64,000 nt of DNA, taken from an uncultured Actinomycetes bacterium (GTDB lineage Bacteria > Actinomycetota > Thermoleophilia > UBA2241). How positions within the stretch are numbered: position 1 is the stretch's first letter; each line of letters opens with the position of its first letter. The stretch spans positions 352,001 through 416,000 of the forward strand of contig CAVYCN010000004.1 of assembly GCA_963767005.1 (NCBI GenBank), given 5' to 3'. Of the stretch, positions 51,477 to 61,519 are shown one piece after another. Position numbers and translations under genes: made by a program. Below the pieces are notes generated by a model that worked only from the letters and a program-made list of their open reading frames with translations, made no database searches and was not told where the DNA came from.

Positions 51477-52613
51477 GTGACGATGCGCCTCGACCCCTTC
51501 CAGCTCGAGCGGTACTTCGGCCAGTACGAGTTCTCGGTGCCCTACGCGCTGGCCTCGTCGGACTGCGACGGGCTCGCCCTGAACGACCTGCTCGCCACGG
51601 CCGACCCCGACACCCGCAGGCTCTGGGATTCGCTCGCGCTGGGCTACACCGAGACCCAGGGCCATCCCCTGCTACGCGAGGCGATCGCCGGGCTGTACGA
51701 GGGCTGCGGCCCCGAGCACGTGCTGGTCGCGGCCCCCGAGGAGCTCGTCTTCATCGCCATGAACTGCCTGGTGCACACCGGCGACCACGTCGTGACGACG
51801 TTTCCCGGCTACCAGTCGCTGTACTCCGTGGCCGAGTCGCTGCACGCCGAGGTGTCGCACTGGGAGCCCGACGAGAGCGCCGGCTGGCGGTTCGACCCGG
51901 AGCGCCTCGCCGAGCTCGTGCGGCCCAGCACGCGCCTGATCGTCGTGAACTTCCCGCACAACCCGACCGGCGCCCTGCCGAGCTACTCCGAGTACGAGCG
52001 CATCCTCGAGATCGCCGTGAGCCACCGCATCGCCGTCCTGTCCGACGAGATGTACCGCCTCCTCGAGCGCGCCGAGAACGACCGTCTGCCGGCCGCCGCC
52101 GACCTCTACGACCGCGCCGTGTCGCTGTCGGGCGTGTCCAAGACGCTGGGTCTGGCCGGCCTGCGCATCGGCTGGCTGATCGTGCGAGACGCACGTCTCA
52201 TGCGCCGCCTGATCGAGTTCAAGGACTACACCACGATCTGCAGCAGCGCCCCGAGCGAGATCCTGGCGATCGCCGGCTTGCGCGCCCGCGACGGCATCCT
52301 CGCCCGTCACCGCGCGCGGATCGCCCACAACCTGGGCCTGCTCGAGGGGTTCATGGCCAAGTACGCGGCGCTCTTCTCGTGGGTGCCGCCGCGGGCCGGC
52401 ACGGTCTGCTTTCCGCGCTTCACGCACGCGAGCATCGGCACGCCCGAGCTCTGCCGCCTGGCGCGCGAGCAGGCGGGCGTGATGCTCGTGCCCTCGACGA
52501 TGTTCGACTACGGCGAGCGCCACCTGCGCATCGGCGTGGGCCGCGAGGACTTCCCCGACGGCCTGCTGCGCCTGAGCACCTTCCTCATGAGCAGGCGCGC
52601 CGGGCAGGAGTAG
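51477..52613 (+). CDS. Class I/II PLP-dependent aminotransferase
   Basis: LGY.ET.G, NFPHNPTG, SDEMY, SKTLGLAGLRIGW. Confidence 0.92.
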   Translation: MTMRLDPFQLERYFGQYEFSVPYALASSDCDGLALNDLLATADPDTRRLWDSLALGYTETQGHPLLREAIAGLYEGCGPEHVLVAAPEELVFIAMNCLVHTGDHVVTTFPGYQSLYSVAESLHAEVSHWEPDESAGWRFDPERLAELVRPSTRLIVVNFPHNPTGALPSYSEYERILEIAVSHRIAVLSDEMYRLLERAENDRLPAAADLYDRAVSLSGVSKTLGLAGLRIGWLIVRDARLMRRLIEFKDYTTICSSAPSEILAIAGLRARDGILARHRARIAHNLGLLEGFMAKYAALFSWVPPRAGTVCFPRFTHASIGTPELCRLAREQAGVMLVPSTMFDYGERHLRIGVGREDFPDGLLRLSTFLMSRRAGQE

Positions 52614-52670
52614 GCGCGGCGCTCGGTCGGACCCGGCGATCGTGCCGGGCGCCGCGGTCTTCCCGAAAGA

Positions 52671-52714
52671 CGACGAGGGGCGGGGCGGCCACAACGCCGC
52701 CCCGCCCCTCGTCG
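52671..52714. terminator. Bidirectional terminator-like hairpin between convergent genes
   Basis: 19-bp perfect stem CGACGAGGGGCGGGGCGGC-CACAAC-GCCGCCCCGCCCCTCGTCG. Confidence 0.65.
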
Positions 52715-52770
52715 GTGGTCCGGTCCTGTCCGTCGGGGCCGCGCCCTGGGTCAGGCTCCGGGCCGTCTCA

Positions 52771-54597
52771 TCACGACTCGAGCGCCTGCGACGAGCGACG
52801 GCGCAGGAAGAACACGAGCAGGCCGACGATCACGGCCACCACGACCACGATGACCGCGATCGTGACGCCCTTGGCGCCGCCCGAGCTCTTGGCCGTCACG
52901 TTGGGCGCCAGGTCCCGGTAGGTGTCGATGTTGTTGTAGTTGTAGATCGCCGAGCCGGTGCCGGCCGGGGCCTTGGTCCAGCCGGTCCACTTGGCCGAGT
53001 TCCAGGCCTCGAGCTGGTAGGGGTAGGAGAGGACGGCGTACGGCGCGGCGTAGTAGAAGAGCTTCTGGGCCTGCTGCACGTCGGCGATGCGCTGGGTGTC
53101 GTTCAGCTCGGTCGCCGCGGCGTTGGAGAGCTTCGTGTAAGCCGGGTCGGTCCACAGGCAGTCATTCCAGCCGTAGCCGGTCGACTGGGGCGGCGTGTAG
53201 ATGCTGATCATGAAGGCCGGGTCGACGTCCTGGGTCCAGTACCACATGAACATGTCCCAGTTGGGCGTGTACGTGTTGCCGGTGAACTGATACTGGGCGC
53301 TCGTCAGCACGCCTGCGTCGACCACCGACAGCACGACCTTCACACCGACGGCCTTGAACCAGCCCACGACGAGCTTCGCGGCGATCACGTTCTGCGGCGA
53401 GTCGGTCGTGACCATGAGGCGCAGCGACAGTGGTTTGCCCTGCTTGGTCGTGCGGTAGCCGTCGGCGCCGCGCTTGTACCCGGCGCTGTCGAGCATCTGG
53501 TTGGCCTTGGCCGGGTCGTAGGTGAACATGTCGTTCGCCGGCGGCTGCCAGTGGTAGGGCGAGTAGGGCACGATCAGCGACGAGCCCGGCTGCGCGTAGC
53601 CGTTGAAGGCCGTCGTGACGATCTTGTTGCGGTCGATGGCGTAGTTCATGGCCTGGCGGAAGACCTGGTCGCGCAGCACCGGGTTGCCCTTGGAGTTGGG
53701 GCTCGCGTAGCAGTTGAAGGCGAGCTCGGTGAACTGCCACTCGTCGCCCTCGCTCGTCGTGATGCCGGGCGCCGACTTGAGCGCGCTGAACTCGGCCGGC
53801 GGGATGTCGACGGCGGCGTCGATCGCGCCCAGCTTGAGGTCCTGGGCCATCGTGTCGGAGTTGGTGTAGGTGAGGATGTAGAGGTACTTGATGTGCGGCG
53901 CGCCGCCCCAGTAGTTCGGGTTGGCCTTGAGCTCGACGTAGCTGTGCGAGACCCACTTGACCACCTGGAAGGGCCCCGTGCCGACGATCGGCGGGTTGTT
54001 CTGGAAGGTGCTGCTGGCGGCCTTGCCCGAGATCTTCGACCAGATGTGCTCGGGCAGGATCGGCACGACCATGCGCAGCATGTTGGCCTTGGGCGCCCTG
54101 GTGTAGACCTCGACCGTGTTGGGCCCCGTCGCCTTCGCTCCCGTGATGCCGTCGGTGTACACGGCGAGGTTGGCGAGGTTGTTCTTGACGATGTAGTTGA
54201 AGGTGAAGGCCACGTCGGCCGCCGTGAACGGCACGCCGTCCTGCCACTTCACACCCTGGCGCGTGGTGAACGTCCAGGTCTTGCCGTCGGGGGACACCTT
54301 CCACGAGGTGGCAAGCTCCGGACGCGGCGAGAGCGTCTTGGCGTCGAAGCCTACGAGGAAGTCGTAGTTCAGGTGCCAGATCTGGTAGTCGAGCCCCTGG
54401 ATCCCGATGAACGGGTTGAGGTTGTCGGGGTCCTGGAGCTGGCCGATGCGTACGACGAGCGAGCCGCTCGACGGCGCCGGCGACGGCGCAGGGCTCGAGC
54501 TCGCGGCCAGTGCCACGGCCGACCCTACGGCCACGATGGCGACGACGGCCGCGACGAGCAGGCCGAGTCGCGCCAGGAGGGCGGGCTTCAACGTCAT
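52771..54597 (-). CDS. Orphan family-5 ABC substrate-binding protein with C-terminal TM anchor
   Basis: AAGGAG RBS; signal peptide; LNPF, LATSW..SPDG.TWTF, GTGPF; ends ...IAVIVVVVAVIVGLLVFFLRRR. Confidence 0.9.
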   Translation of the reverse strand: MTLKPALLARLGLLVAAVVAIVAVGSAVALAASSSPAPSPAPSSGSLVVRIGQLQDPDNLNPFIGIQGLDYQIWHLNYDFLVGFDAKTLSPRPELATSWKVSPDGKTWTFTTRQGVKWQDGVPFTAADVAFTFNYIVKNNLANLAVYTDGITGAKATGPNTVEVYTRAPKANMLRMVVPILPEHIWSKISGKAASSTFQNNPPIVGTGPFQVVKWVSHSYVELKANPNYWGGAPHIKYLYILTYTNSDTMAQDLKLGAIDAAVDIPPAEFSALKSAPGITTSEGDEWQFTELAFNCYASPNSKGNPVLRDQVFRQAMNYAIDRNKIVTTAFNGYAQPGSSLIVPYSPYHWQPPANDMFTYDPAKANQMLDSAGYKRGADGYRTTKQGKPLSLRLMVTTDSPQNVIAAKLVVGWFKAVGVKVVLSVVDAGVLTSAQYQFTGNTYTPNWDMFMWYWTQDVDPAFMISIYTPPQSTGYGWNDCLWTDPAYTKLSNAAATELNDTQRIADVQQAQKLFYYAAPYAVLSYPYQLEAWNSAKWTGWTKAPAGTGSAIYNYNNIDTYRDLAPNVTAKSSGGAKGVTIAVIVVVVAVIVGLLVFFLRRRSSQALES

Positions 54598-54692
54598 GGA
54601 TGGCTCCTTTCGACGGACGGGACACGCTCCGCGGGGAGCGGCGATGCGAAACGACGATCGACGATCGTGGCCATGCCTCCTTGCGACGAGCC

Positions 54693-56108
54693 TCACCGGC
54701 CGGGCGGCGCCTGCGCGACGATCTCGTCGAGGCGCCGTCGTGTCGTTGGATCGAGTGTGAACGGCGGCTCGCCGCCGAGCAACTCGGCGGTGCGCGCCGC
54801 GACCCTCTGTTTGAGGGTGGTCGCGCCGTCGGCCCGCCAGCGCTCGTAGGGCGACTGGTCGAGCAGGTCGGTCGTGAGGAAGCGCCGGTAGCGGGAGCGC
54901 GTGTACGGCCGGGCCAGGTGGTTGCCACCGGGGCCGGCCAGCATGATCTCGTCGAGCGCCAGGGCCTCGTCGTCGACGGGCAGCTCCTCGGTCAGGGCGC
55001 GCGCATAGCCGATGAGCTCGTCGCCCAGGACGAGCGCCTCGAACGAGCTCTGCAGGCCCGACTCGAGGTAGCCGACGTCGTGCAGCAGCGTCGCTCCGCA
55101 GAGCTCGCCGAGCACGGTGGCGAGGGCCGACTCGGCGGCCGCCTGCTCGTCGAAGAGCTTGCTGTCTGAGTCGCCCGCGTAGGCCCAGCTCGGCAGGCCG
55201 TACCAGTGGGCGAGGTCGACCGAGGCCTGATTGCCGAGAGCCACCCCCGGCGGCCGGTAGGCGTCGACCATGGTCCGCATGTTGAGCACGCCGACGCCGG
55301 CGCCGTAGAGGAACGGCGCGCCCGGCGCGGCGAGCTGGTGCACGACGAGGCCGGCGAGCACCTCGGCGTTGGCGACCACGATGACGGCCGGGATCGATGC
55401 CGGCGCCGTCGAGCCGGCCGACGGCGCCGGCGCGAGGATCACGGGCAGATCGAGCTCGCCGCAGACGAGCAGCTTGTCGAGGCAGATCTCGTCGAGCTGC
55501 AGGGGCGGCGACGACATGACGAGGCAGCCGAGGCTGCCGGCCCCGTCGCAGGCCGCCGCCATCTCGGCCATCAAGCGCAGCGGCGCGCCGCCGAAGGGGC
55601 TCGAGACGACGATCGGCTTGCGCGTGCCGGCCAGCATCGCGGTGAGCTGGACGAGGTCGATGCGCTCGGGGTCGGCGTCGTCGGGCAGCCCCATCGACAT
55701 GACGAAGTCGACGTTGGTCAGCCGCTCGGCGAGGCGGGCGAAGCGCTCGCAGTCGGTCAGCCGCGCGCGGCGCCGGCCGCCGGCCGGGTCGTCGACGTAC
55801 AGGCAGTCGGGGCCGGTGCCGTACCAGGTGCGGCCGTCCGTCAGCTCGCGGTCGAGGCTGCGGTCGGGCGCGCGGCCCTTCAGCACGAAGCTGCGCGGAG
55901 CGCTCGCCAGGGCCCGGTCGACGAGCTCGCGGGGCAGGCGGGCGCGGGTGTCTCGGACACCCGCGCCCGCCTGCCGCAGCAGCTCGAGCGCGGCGGGGTG
56001 GCGCACCTCGACGCCGGTCTCGGCCAGCACGCGGCAGCTCGCCTCGTGCACCCGGGCGCAGGCGGCCTCGTCCCAGACGCGCACCCTGGCGCGCAGCGGC
56101 GCGGTCAC
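54693..56108 (-). CDS. MttB-superfamily methyltransferase, non-pyrrolysine (copy 4)
   Basis: YGTGPDC, DFVMS, AGSTAP, PGAPFLYG, AGDSDSKLFDEQA, LHDVGYLESG; GTG start overlapping the upstream stop. Confidence 0.9.
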   Translation of the reverse strand: MTAPLRARVRVWDEAACARVHEASCRVLAETGVEVRHPAALELLRQAGAGVRDTRARLPRELVDRALASAPRSFVLKGRAPDRSLDRELTDGRTWYGTGPDCLYVDDPAGGRRRARLTDCERFARLAERLTNVDFVMSMGLPDDADPERIDLVQLTAMLAGTRKPIVVSSPFGGAPLRLMAEMAAACDGAGSLGCLVMSSPPLQLDEICLDKLLVCGELDLPVILAPAPSAGSTAPASIPAVIVVANAEVLAGLVVHQLAAPGAPFLYGAGVGVLNMRTMVDAYRPPGVALGNQASVDLAHWYGLPSWAYAGDSDSKLFDEQAAAESALATVLGELCGATLLHDVGYLESGLQSSFEALVLGDELIGYARALTEELPVDDEALALDEIMLAGPGGNHLARPYTRSRYRRFLTTDLLDQSPYERWRADGATTLKQRVAARTAELLGGEPPFTLDPTTRRRLDEIVAQAPPGR

Positions 56109-57508
56109 GCCTTGCGCTCCCTTCCGGCGGCCTCCATGATCGCGGCGACGCGCTCGCGCGCGGCCGGGTCGAGCGTGAACGGCCGGCTCGCGCGCAACTC
56201 GGCGAGCCGCGTCTTCACACGGTCGAGCATCGTCTGGGCGCCACTGCCCTGCCAGCGGTCGAACACGGCGTGGTCGAAGAGGTCGTCGTACCAGAAGTCG
56301 CGCGCGTGGCGCCGCGTGTACCTGCGTGCCAGGAAGTTGCCGCCCGGCCCGACCTCGCGGATCTCGTCGAGGGCGAGCGCATCGTCGTCGGTCGGCACGT
56401 CGCGCATGAAGGCCTTGGCCCAGCCGACGGCGGCGTTGCCGAAGACGATCGACTCGCACGAGCTCTGCAGGCCCGATTCGAGGTAGCCGACGTCGTGCAC
56501 GAGCGTGCCACGTCCGAGCCCGCCCGACATGGCGGTGAGGCCGTACTCGAGCGCGAACTGCTCGTCGATCGTCTTCGAGTCGGACATCGATCCGTAGTCG
56601 AAGCACGGCAGCCCATAGAAGCGGCAGAGGTCCTCCATGGCGGCCTGGCCGAGCGGGCTCTCGGGCGTGGTGTAGGCGTCGACCGCGGTGCGCATGTCCA
56701 TGGCGCCCACGCCGACGCCCCAGACGAAGGGCGCGCCTGGGCGGATCTGCTGGTGGTAGACGAGGCCGGCCAGGGTCTCGGCGTTGGCTACGACGACGGT
56801 GCCGGCGATCGAGCGGGGGCCGGTGGAGCCCGCGTTGGGCGCCGGCGCCCAGATCACCGGTACCTGGAGCTCGGCGCAGGCCTGCAGCTTGGTGAGGCCG
56901 TCGCGGTCGTGCATGAGCGGCGGGGCCGGCATGGCGTAGATCATGAAGCTGTCGGCGGCGCCGGCCGCCTCGCACATCTGCTGTACGGCGCCGACGACAC
57001 CGCCGTTGCGTGTCGCCACCATGAGCGGCTTACGCGTGCCGGCCAGCATGGCCGCGACCGCCGAGAGGTCGTCGATCGAAAGCGGCGCGTCCTCGGGCAG
57101 CCCCATCGACATGACGAAGTCGATGTTGGGAAGCTGCTCGCAGAGGGCCGCCATCTCCTCGACGTCGGCACAGCGCACCCGCCGCCGCTCACCGGTATCC
57201 GGGTCGCGGTAGAACAGGCAGTCCGAGCCGGTGCCGAAGTAGGTGTTGCCGTTCGCGAGCTCGAGGGCTTCGTCGCGGCCGCGCGACCGGACGGTCCAGG
57301 TCCGGGGGGCGGAGGCAAGGGCCTTGTCGACGACGGTGGCGTCCAGGCGGACGCGCGTGCCGTCGACCCGGCCGCCGGCCGCGGCGAAGACTTCGAGGGC
57401 GGGTGGGTGGCGTACGTCGATGCCGGTCTCGGCGAGGACAGTGAGGGTGGCGTCGTGCACGCGACGGCAGTCGTCTTCGCTCCAGACGATGATGCGGGCC
57501 GCTGACAT
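56105..57508 (-). CDS. MttB-superfamily methyltransferase, non-pyrrolysine (copy 5)
   Basis: YFGTGSDC, DFVMS, PGAPFVWG, SMSDSKTIDEQ, VHDVGYLESG, VGPGGNFL. Confidence 0.92.
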   Translation of the reverse strand: MSAARIIVWSEDDCRRVHDATLTVLAETGIDVRHPPALEVFAAAGGRVDGTRVRLDATVVDKALASAPRTWTVRSRGRDEALELANGNTYFGTGSDCLFYRDPDTGERRRVRCADVEEMAALCEQLPNIDFVMSMGLPEDAPLSIDDLSAVAAMLAGTRKPLMVATRNGGVVGAVQQMCEAAGAADSFMIYAMPAPPLMHDRDGLTKLQACAELQVPVIWAPAPNAGSTGPRSIAGTVVVANAETLAGLVYHQQIRPGAPFVWGVGVGAMDMRTAVDAYTTPESPLGQAAMEDLCRFYGLPCFDYGSMSDSKTIDEQFALEYGLTAMSGGLGRGTLVHDVGYLESGLQSSCESIVFGNAAVGWAKAFMRDVPTDDDALALDEIREVGPGGNFLARRYTRRHARDFWYDDLFDHAVFDRWQGSGAQTMLDRVKTRLAELRASRPFTLDPAARERVAAIMEAAGRERKA

Positions 57509-57679
57509 CGGTTCCCCCTTTGCTCTTCGTTGGGCTCCCGTGACGGGGGGCCGGAGTGGGCGGGCGCCGATGCCGAAGGACGGCCCGAGGGCCGTGGTCT
57601 GGCTTGTGGTGCGCCCGCCTGGTCTTCGTCTTGTGGGGCGACCGCCTGTCGCTACGGGGAGCGGTCGCCCTGCGAAGGG

Positions 57680-57865
57680 CTACGGCGTGAGGGTGCTGCG
57701 CGAGGGGCCGCGTTCGGTGAAGATCTTGTACCAGATGCCGCCGAAGAACTCGCGGGCGGCCGCGCTCGTGGCGGCGCGCGTGGTGCTACGGGCGATGTCG
57801 GCGCGGTGGTACAGCTTCAGGTCCCCCCGTTGCGGCGTCCGGAAGGCCCGGACGATGTCCCGCAT
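57680..57865 (-). CDS. Short leader ORF upstream of the mttB pair (start uncertain, 44-61 aa)
   Basis: Almost all codons end in G/C in this frame; downstream of a TTGACA box (57888-93) and followed by hairpins. Confidence 0.45.
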   Translation of the reverse strand: MRDIVRAFRTPQRGDLKLYHRADIARSTTRAATSAAAREFFGGIWYKIFTERGPSRSTLTP

Positions 57866-58008
57866 CTTCGGCGACCGGCCCCGCGCGTGTCAAGCCGCTC
57901 ACGCCGGATGAGCCGCGCCGGGTCGAACGCCGACGACGGCGTCGCCAGGCGGGCGAGCCGTGCCACGAAAGCCGTCGCCACGCCTGGCGTCGGCCCCGGC
58001 GGGCTAAG

Positions 58009-59088
58009 CTAGGCCGTGTGGCGGAAGTTCATGACGTCGCCGTCGGCGACGACGTAGTCGCGGCCCTCGATGCGCAGCAGGCCCTTGTCGCGGGCGTGGG
58101 CGAACGAGCCCACGGCGATCAGGTCGTCGAGCGGGACGACCTCGGCCCGCACGAACTTCTTCTGGATGTCGCCGTGGATGCGGCCGGCCGCCTGCCAGGC
58201 GGTCCAGCCCTGCGGTAGCTGCCAGGCGCGACTCTCGCTCGACTTGAAGTCGCCGGTGAAGAACGTGATGTAGCCCAGGGCGCGATAGCAGCCGGCGATC
58301 AGCTCGTCGACGCCGCCCGGCGGCACGTCGAGCTCGGCGCGGAACTCGGCGGCGTCGGCCGGCTCGAGCTCGGCGAGCTCGACCTCGAGCCGGGCGGCCA
58401 GAACGACGACTTCGTCGCCGCGTGCCGCTGCCCAGGCGGCGAGGTCGTCGCCCGCGCTCAGGTGCGATTCGTCGGTGTTGAGCACGAACAGCACGGGCCG
58501 CTCGGTCACCAGGGCGAGGTCGCGCAGGAGCGGCTCGTCGTCGAGGGTCCGTTCGATCTGGCGTGCCCGGTGCCCGTCGCCCAGGCCGGCCGCCAGACGT
58601 TCGAGCACGGCCATCTCCCTCTTTGCCTGGGCATCGCCGGCGCGGGCCGCCTTGACGGTCTTGTCGCGGCGCCGCTCGACGAGCTCGAGGTCGCTCAGCA
58701 CGAGCTCGGTCTCGACCGCCTCGACGTCGGCGACCGGGTCGATCGCGGCGCGCGGGAAGGCCACCTCGGGATTCTCGAAGGCGCGCACCACGTGGGCGAC
58801 GGCGTCGACCTCGCGGATGTCGGCCAGGAAACGGCTGCCCAGAGCCTGCGAGTGCTCGCCGCCACCCACGCCCGGGATGTCGACGACCTCGATCGTGGCG
58901 TGCACCTCGCGCGGGGTCTGCAGCACCTCGTTCAGGCGGTCGAGGCGCGCGTCGGGCACGGCCACGACGCCGTGATTGGCCTCGGCCGAGCTGAAGGCGT
59001 AGGCGGTGGCGAGGGCGCCGGCGTGGGTGAGCGCGTTGAAGACCGTGGTCTTGCCGGCATTGGGTAGCCCTACGATGCCGAGTTTCAC
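58009..59088 (-). CDS. ychF: Redox-regulated Obg-like ATPase YchF
   Basis: GIVGLPNAGKTT, V.VPD.RL, FLADIRE, ITFFT, AG.IH.D, EG.DY.V.DGD. Confidence 0.92.
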   Translation of the reverse strand: MKLGIVGLPNAGKTTVFNALTHAGALATAYAFSSAEANHGVVAVPDARLDRLNEVLQTPREVHATIEVVDIPGVGGGEHSQALGSRFLADIREVDAVAHVVRAFENPEVAFPRAAIDPVADVEAVETELVLSDLELVERRRDKTVKAARAGDAQAKREMAVLERLAAGLGDGHRARQIERTLDDEPLLRDLALVTERPVLFVLNTDESHLSAGDDLAAWAAARGDEVVVLAARLEVELAELEPADAAEFRAELDVPPGGVDELIAGCYRALGYITFFTGDFKSSESRAWQLPQGWTAWQAAGRIHGDIQKKFVRAEVVPLDDLIAVGSFAHARDKGLLRIEGRDYVVADGDVMNFRHTA

Positions 59089-59178
59089 GAGCGCCTCATC
59101 GCGGCGTGCCCCGCCGGCGTTGCGTGGCGCGGGCTCTGCCCCTGCGGCTGCCTGTGGTGGTCGCGTTCCATGGCCGCA

Positions 59179-59739
59179 CTATATCCGCACGAAGGCGACG
59201 TAGGGCAGCCCCAGGGCGCAGCCCAGGCAGAGGCCGGCGACCACGTCGCCGAGGTAGTGCACGCGCAGGTACACGCGGCTGGCAGCAAGGACGGTCGCCA
59301 GGGCGGCGAAGGCCGGCCAGAGGTCGGGATAGAGCACGCCCATGGCGAGGGCGCCGACCGTGCTCATGCTGGCGTGCGACGAGGGAAACGATGGGCTCGA
59401 CGGCAGCGGGATGTCGGCGGTCACGCCCTCTTCGCGCTGGGGCGGGCGGCGGCGGCCCACGGCGCGCTTGACGCCGTACGTGATCCACTCGGTGGCAAGG
59501 ACGGCGCCCGAGACGTAGGCGAAGCGCCGGCCCGAGAAGCCCGGACCGTCGCTTGCGGCCGCGCACAGGGCGGCAAGACCGAACCAGACGATGCCGTAGT
59601 TGCCGGTCAGCGAGACGGCGCCCAGCGGCAGCGTGACCCAGCGGGGGTGCGGCCAGCGTGCGCCGATCGCCGTCGAAGCGGCGCGGTCGCAGGCTTCGAG
59701 GCGCCGCAGGAGGGTATCGGGTGGCGAGGGCATCGGCAT
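59179..59739 (-). CDS. PAP2-family phosphatase
   Basis: K....R.RP, SFPSSH, SRVYL.VHY..DV motifs. Confidence 0.92.
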   Translation of the reverse strand: MPMPSPPDTLLRRLEACDRAASTAIGARWPHPRWVTLPLGAVSLTGNYGIVWFGLAALCAAASDGPGFSGRRFAYVSGAVLATEWITYGVKRAVGRRRPPQREEGVTADIPLPSSPSFPSSHASMSTVGALAMGVLYPDLWPAFAALATVLAASRVYLRVHYLGDVVAGLCLGCALGLPYVAFVRI

Positions 59740-59801
59740 GGGCGGCGGCGTTCAGTATACTATCGGCCTTACCGTCTCCGTCGTTCCGTCCCGAGGCACT
59801 C

Positions 59802-60092
59802 ATGGCCGATCAGACCCCCCGCACGAGCGTCATCGTCACCGCTCTCGGCCCCGACACGCACGGCCTGCTGGCCGCCGTCGCCACGACGATCGCCGAGTGC
59901 GACGCCAACGTCGACGACGTCAGTCAGACCGTCACCGGCGGCATGTTCACGATGATCATGTTCGTATCGTTCTCGAGCGGCGACACCACGCTCGCGGCGC
60001 TCCAGGAGGCGCTCACCGCCACCGGCGCGCGGGTCGGCTTGCAGATCACGGTGCAGCACGAGGACATCTTCCGCTTCATGCACCGCGTCTAG
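59802..60092 (+). CDS. ACT-domain protein (UPF0237-like)
   Basis: VTALGPD..GLLA.V, N..DVSQT, F.M.M, QHEDIF..MHRV; precedes the DUF711 gene. Confidence 0.88.
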   Translation: MADQTPRTSVIVTALGPDTHGLLAAVATTIAECDANVDDVSQTVTGGMFTMIMFVSFSSGDTTLAALQEALTATGARVGLQITVQHEDIFRFMHRV

Positions 60093-60137
60093 CGGGCGCG
60101 GCGTGGACTCCCGTAACCGGCTGTAAGGGGCGGCGTC

Positions 60138-61502
60138 ATGGTCTTCATCACGAGCGAAGAGATCCTCGAGACCGTGCGCATGATCTCCGACGAGAACCTC
60201 GACGTGCGGGCCGTCACCATGGGCATCTCGCTCAACGACTGCGCCTCGCGCGACGTGGGGCGGGTCTGCGAGCGCATCCGGGCCAAGATCACGCAGCGCG
60301 CCGGACGCCTGGTGGCCGTCGCCCGCGAGATCCAGGACAAGTACGGCGTGCCGATCGTCAATCGTCGCGTCTCGGTCACACCGATCGCCGACGTGGTCGC
60401 CGCCGGCGACGCCGACGACTACGTCCTCGTGGCGCACGCCCTCGACGCCGCGGCGGCCGAGATCGGCATCGACTTCGTGGGCGGCTTCTCGGCTCTCGTG
60501 CAGAAGGGCGTCACGCGCCACGACGCGGCGCTCATCGAGGCGATCCCGCAGGCGATCGCCGACACGAGCCGCGTCTGCTCGTCGGTCAACGTGGCCTCGA
60601 CCCGAGCCGGCATCAACATGGACGCCGTCACCCGCATGGCCGACGTGCTGCTCGACGTCTCGCGGCGTACGGCCGACCGCGACTCGATCGGCTGCGCCAA
60701 GATCGTCACGTTCTGCAACGTGCCCGAGGACAACCCCTTCATGGCCGGCGCGCTGCACGGCAGCGGCGAGCCCGAGGTCAGCATCAACGTCGGCATCTCC
60801 GGACCGGGGGTGGTCCGCAACGTCGTGGCCGGCCACCCCGACCTGTCGTTCACCGAGCTCGCCGACCTCATCAAGCGCACGGTCTTCAAGATCACCCGCG
60901 TAGGCGAGCTCGTGGCGCGCGAGGCGGCCGAGATGCTCGACGCGCAGATGGGCATCATCGACCTCTCGCTGGCACCGTCGCCGGCGGTGGGCGATTCGGT
61001 GGCCGAGATCCTCGAGGCCATGGGGCTCGCGCGCACCGGCGCGCCCGGCACGACGGCCGCGCTCGCCATGCTGAACGACGCGGTCAAGAAGGGCGGCACC
61101 ATGGCGACCTCGTCGACCGGTGGCCTGTCGGGCGCCTTCATCCCGGTGAGCGAGGACGCCGGCATGGCGCGCGCCGCGGCCGAAGGGGTGCTCTCGATCG
61201 AGAAGCTCGAGGCGATGACGGCCGTCTGCTCGCTCGGCCTCGACATGATCGTCGTGCCCGGCGACACGCCGCGCGACGCCCTGGCGGGCACCATCGCCGA
61301 CGTCATGGCGATCGGCATGATCAACGGCAAGACGACGGGCGCCCGTCTGATCCCCGCTCAGGGCAAGGCGGTGGGCGACTGGGTCGAGCTCGGCGGCCTG
61401 TTCGGCGCCTCGCCCGTGATGCCGCTGAGCACGGCCGGCAACGCCGCCTTCCTGGCCCGCGGCGGCCGCATCCCCGCGCCGCTGCAGAGCCTGACCAACT
61501 AG
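60138..61502 (+). CDS. DUF711 / UPF0210 (PFL-like) protein
   Basis: ETVRMI..ENLDVR..TMGISL, R.SVTP, DNPFMAGA.HG, GGLSGAFIPVSED, KLEAMT.VCS.GLDM. Confidence 0.93.
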   Translation: MVFITSEEILETVRMISDENLDVRAVTMGISLNDCASRDVGRVCERIRAKITQRAGRLVAVAREIQDKYGVPIVNRRVSVTPIADVVAAGDADDYVLVAHALDAAAAEIGIDFVGGFSALVQKGVTRHDAALIEAIPQAIADTSRVCSSVNVASTRAGINMDAVTRMADVLLDVSRRTADRDSIGCAKIVTFCNVPEDNPFMAGALHGSGEPEVSINVGISGPGVVRNVVAGHPDLSFTELADLIKRTVFKITRVGELVAREAAEMLDAQMGIIDLSLAPSPAVGDSVAEILEAMGLARTGAPGTTAALAMLNDAVKKGGTMATSSTGGLSGAFIPVSEDAGMARAAAEGVLSIEKLEAMTAVCSLGLDMIVVPGDTPRDALAGTIADVMAIGMINGKTTGARLIPAQGKAVGDWVELGGLFGASPVMPLSTAGNAAFLARGGRIPAPLQSLTN

Positions 61503-61519
61503 GCCGTCAAGCGACTGCT

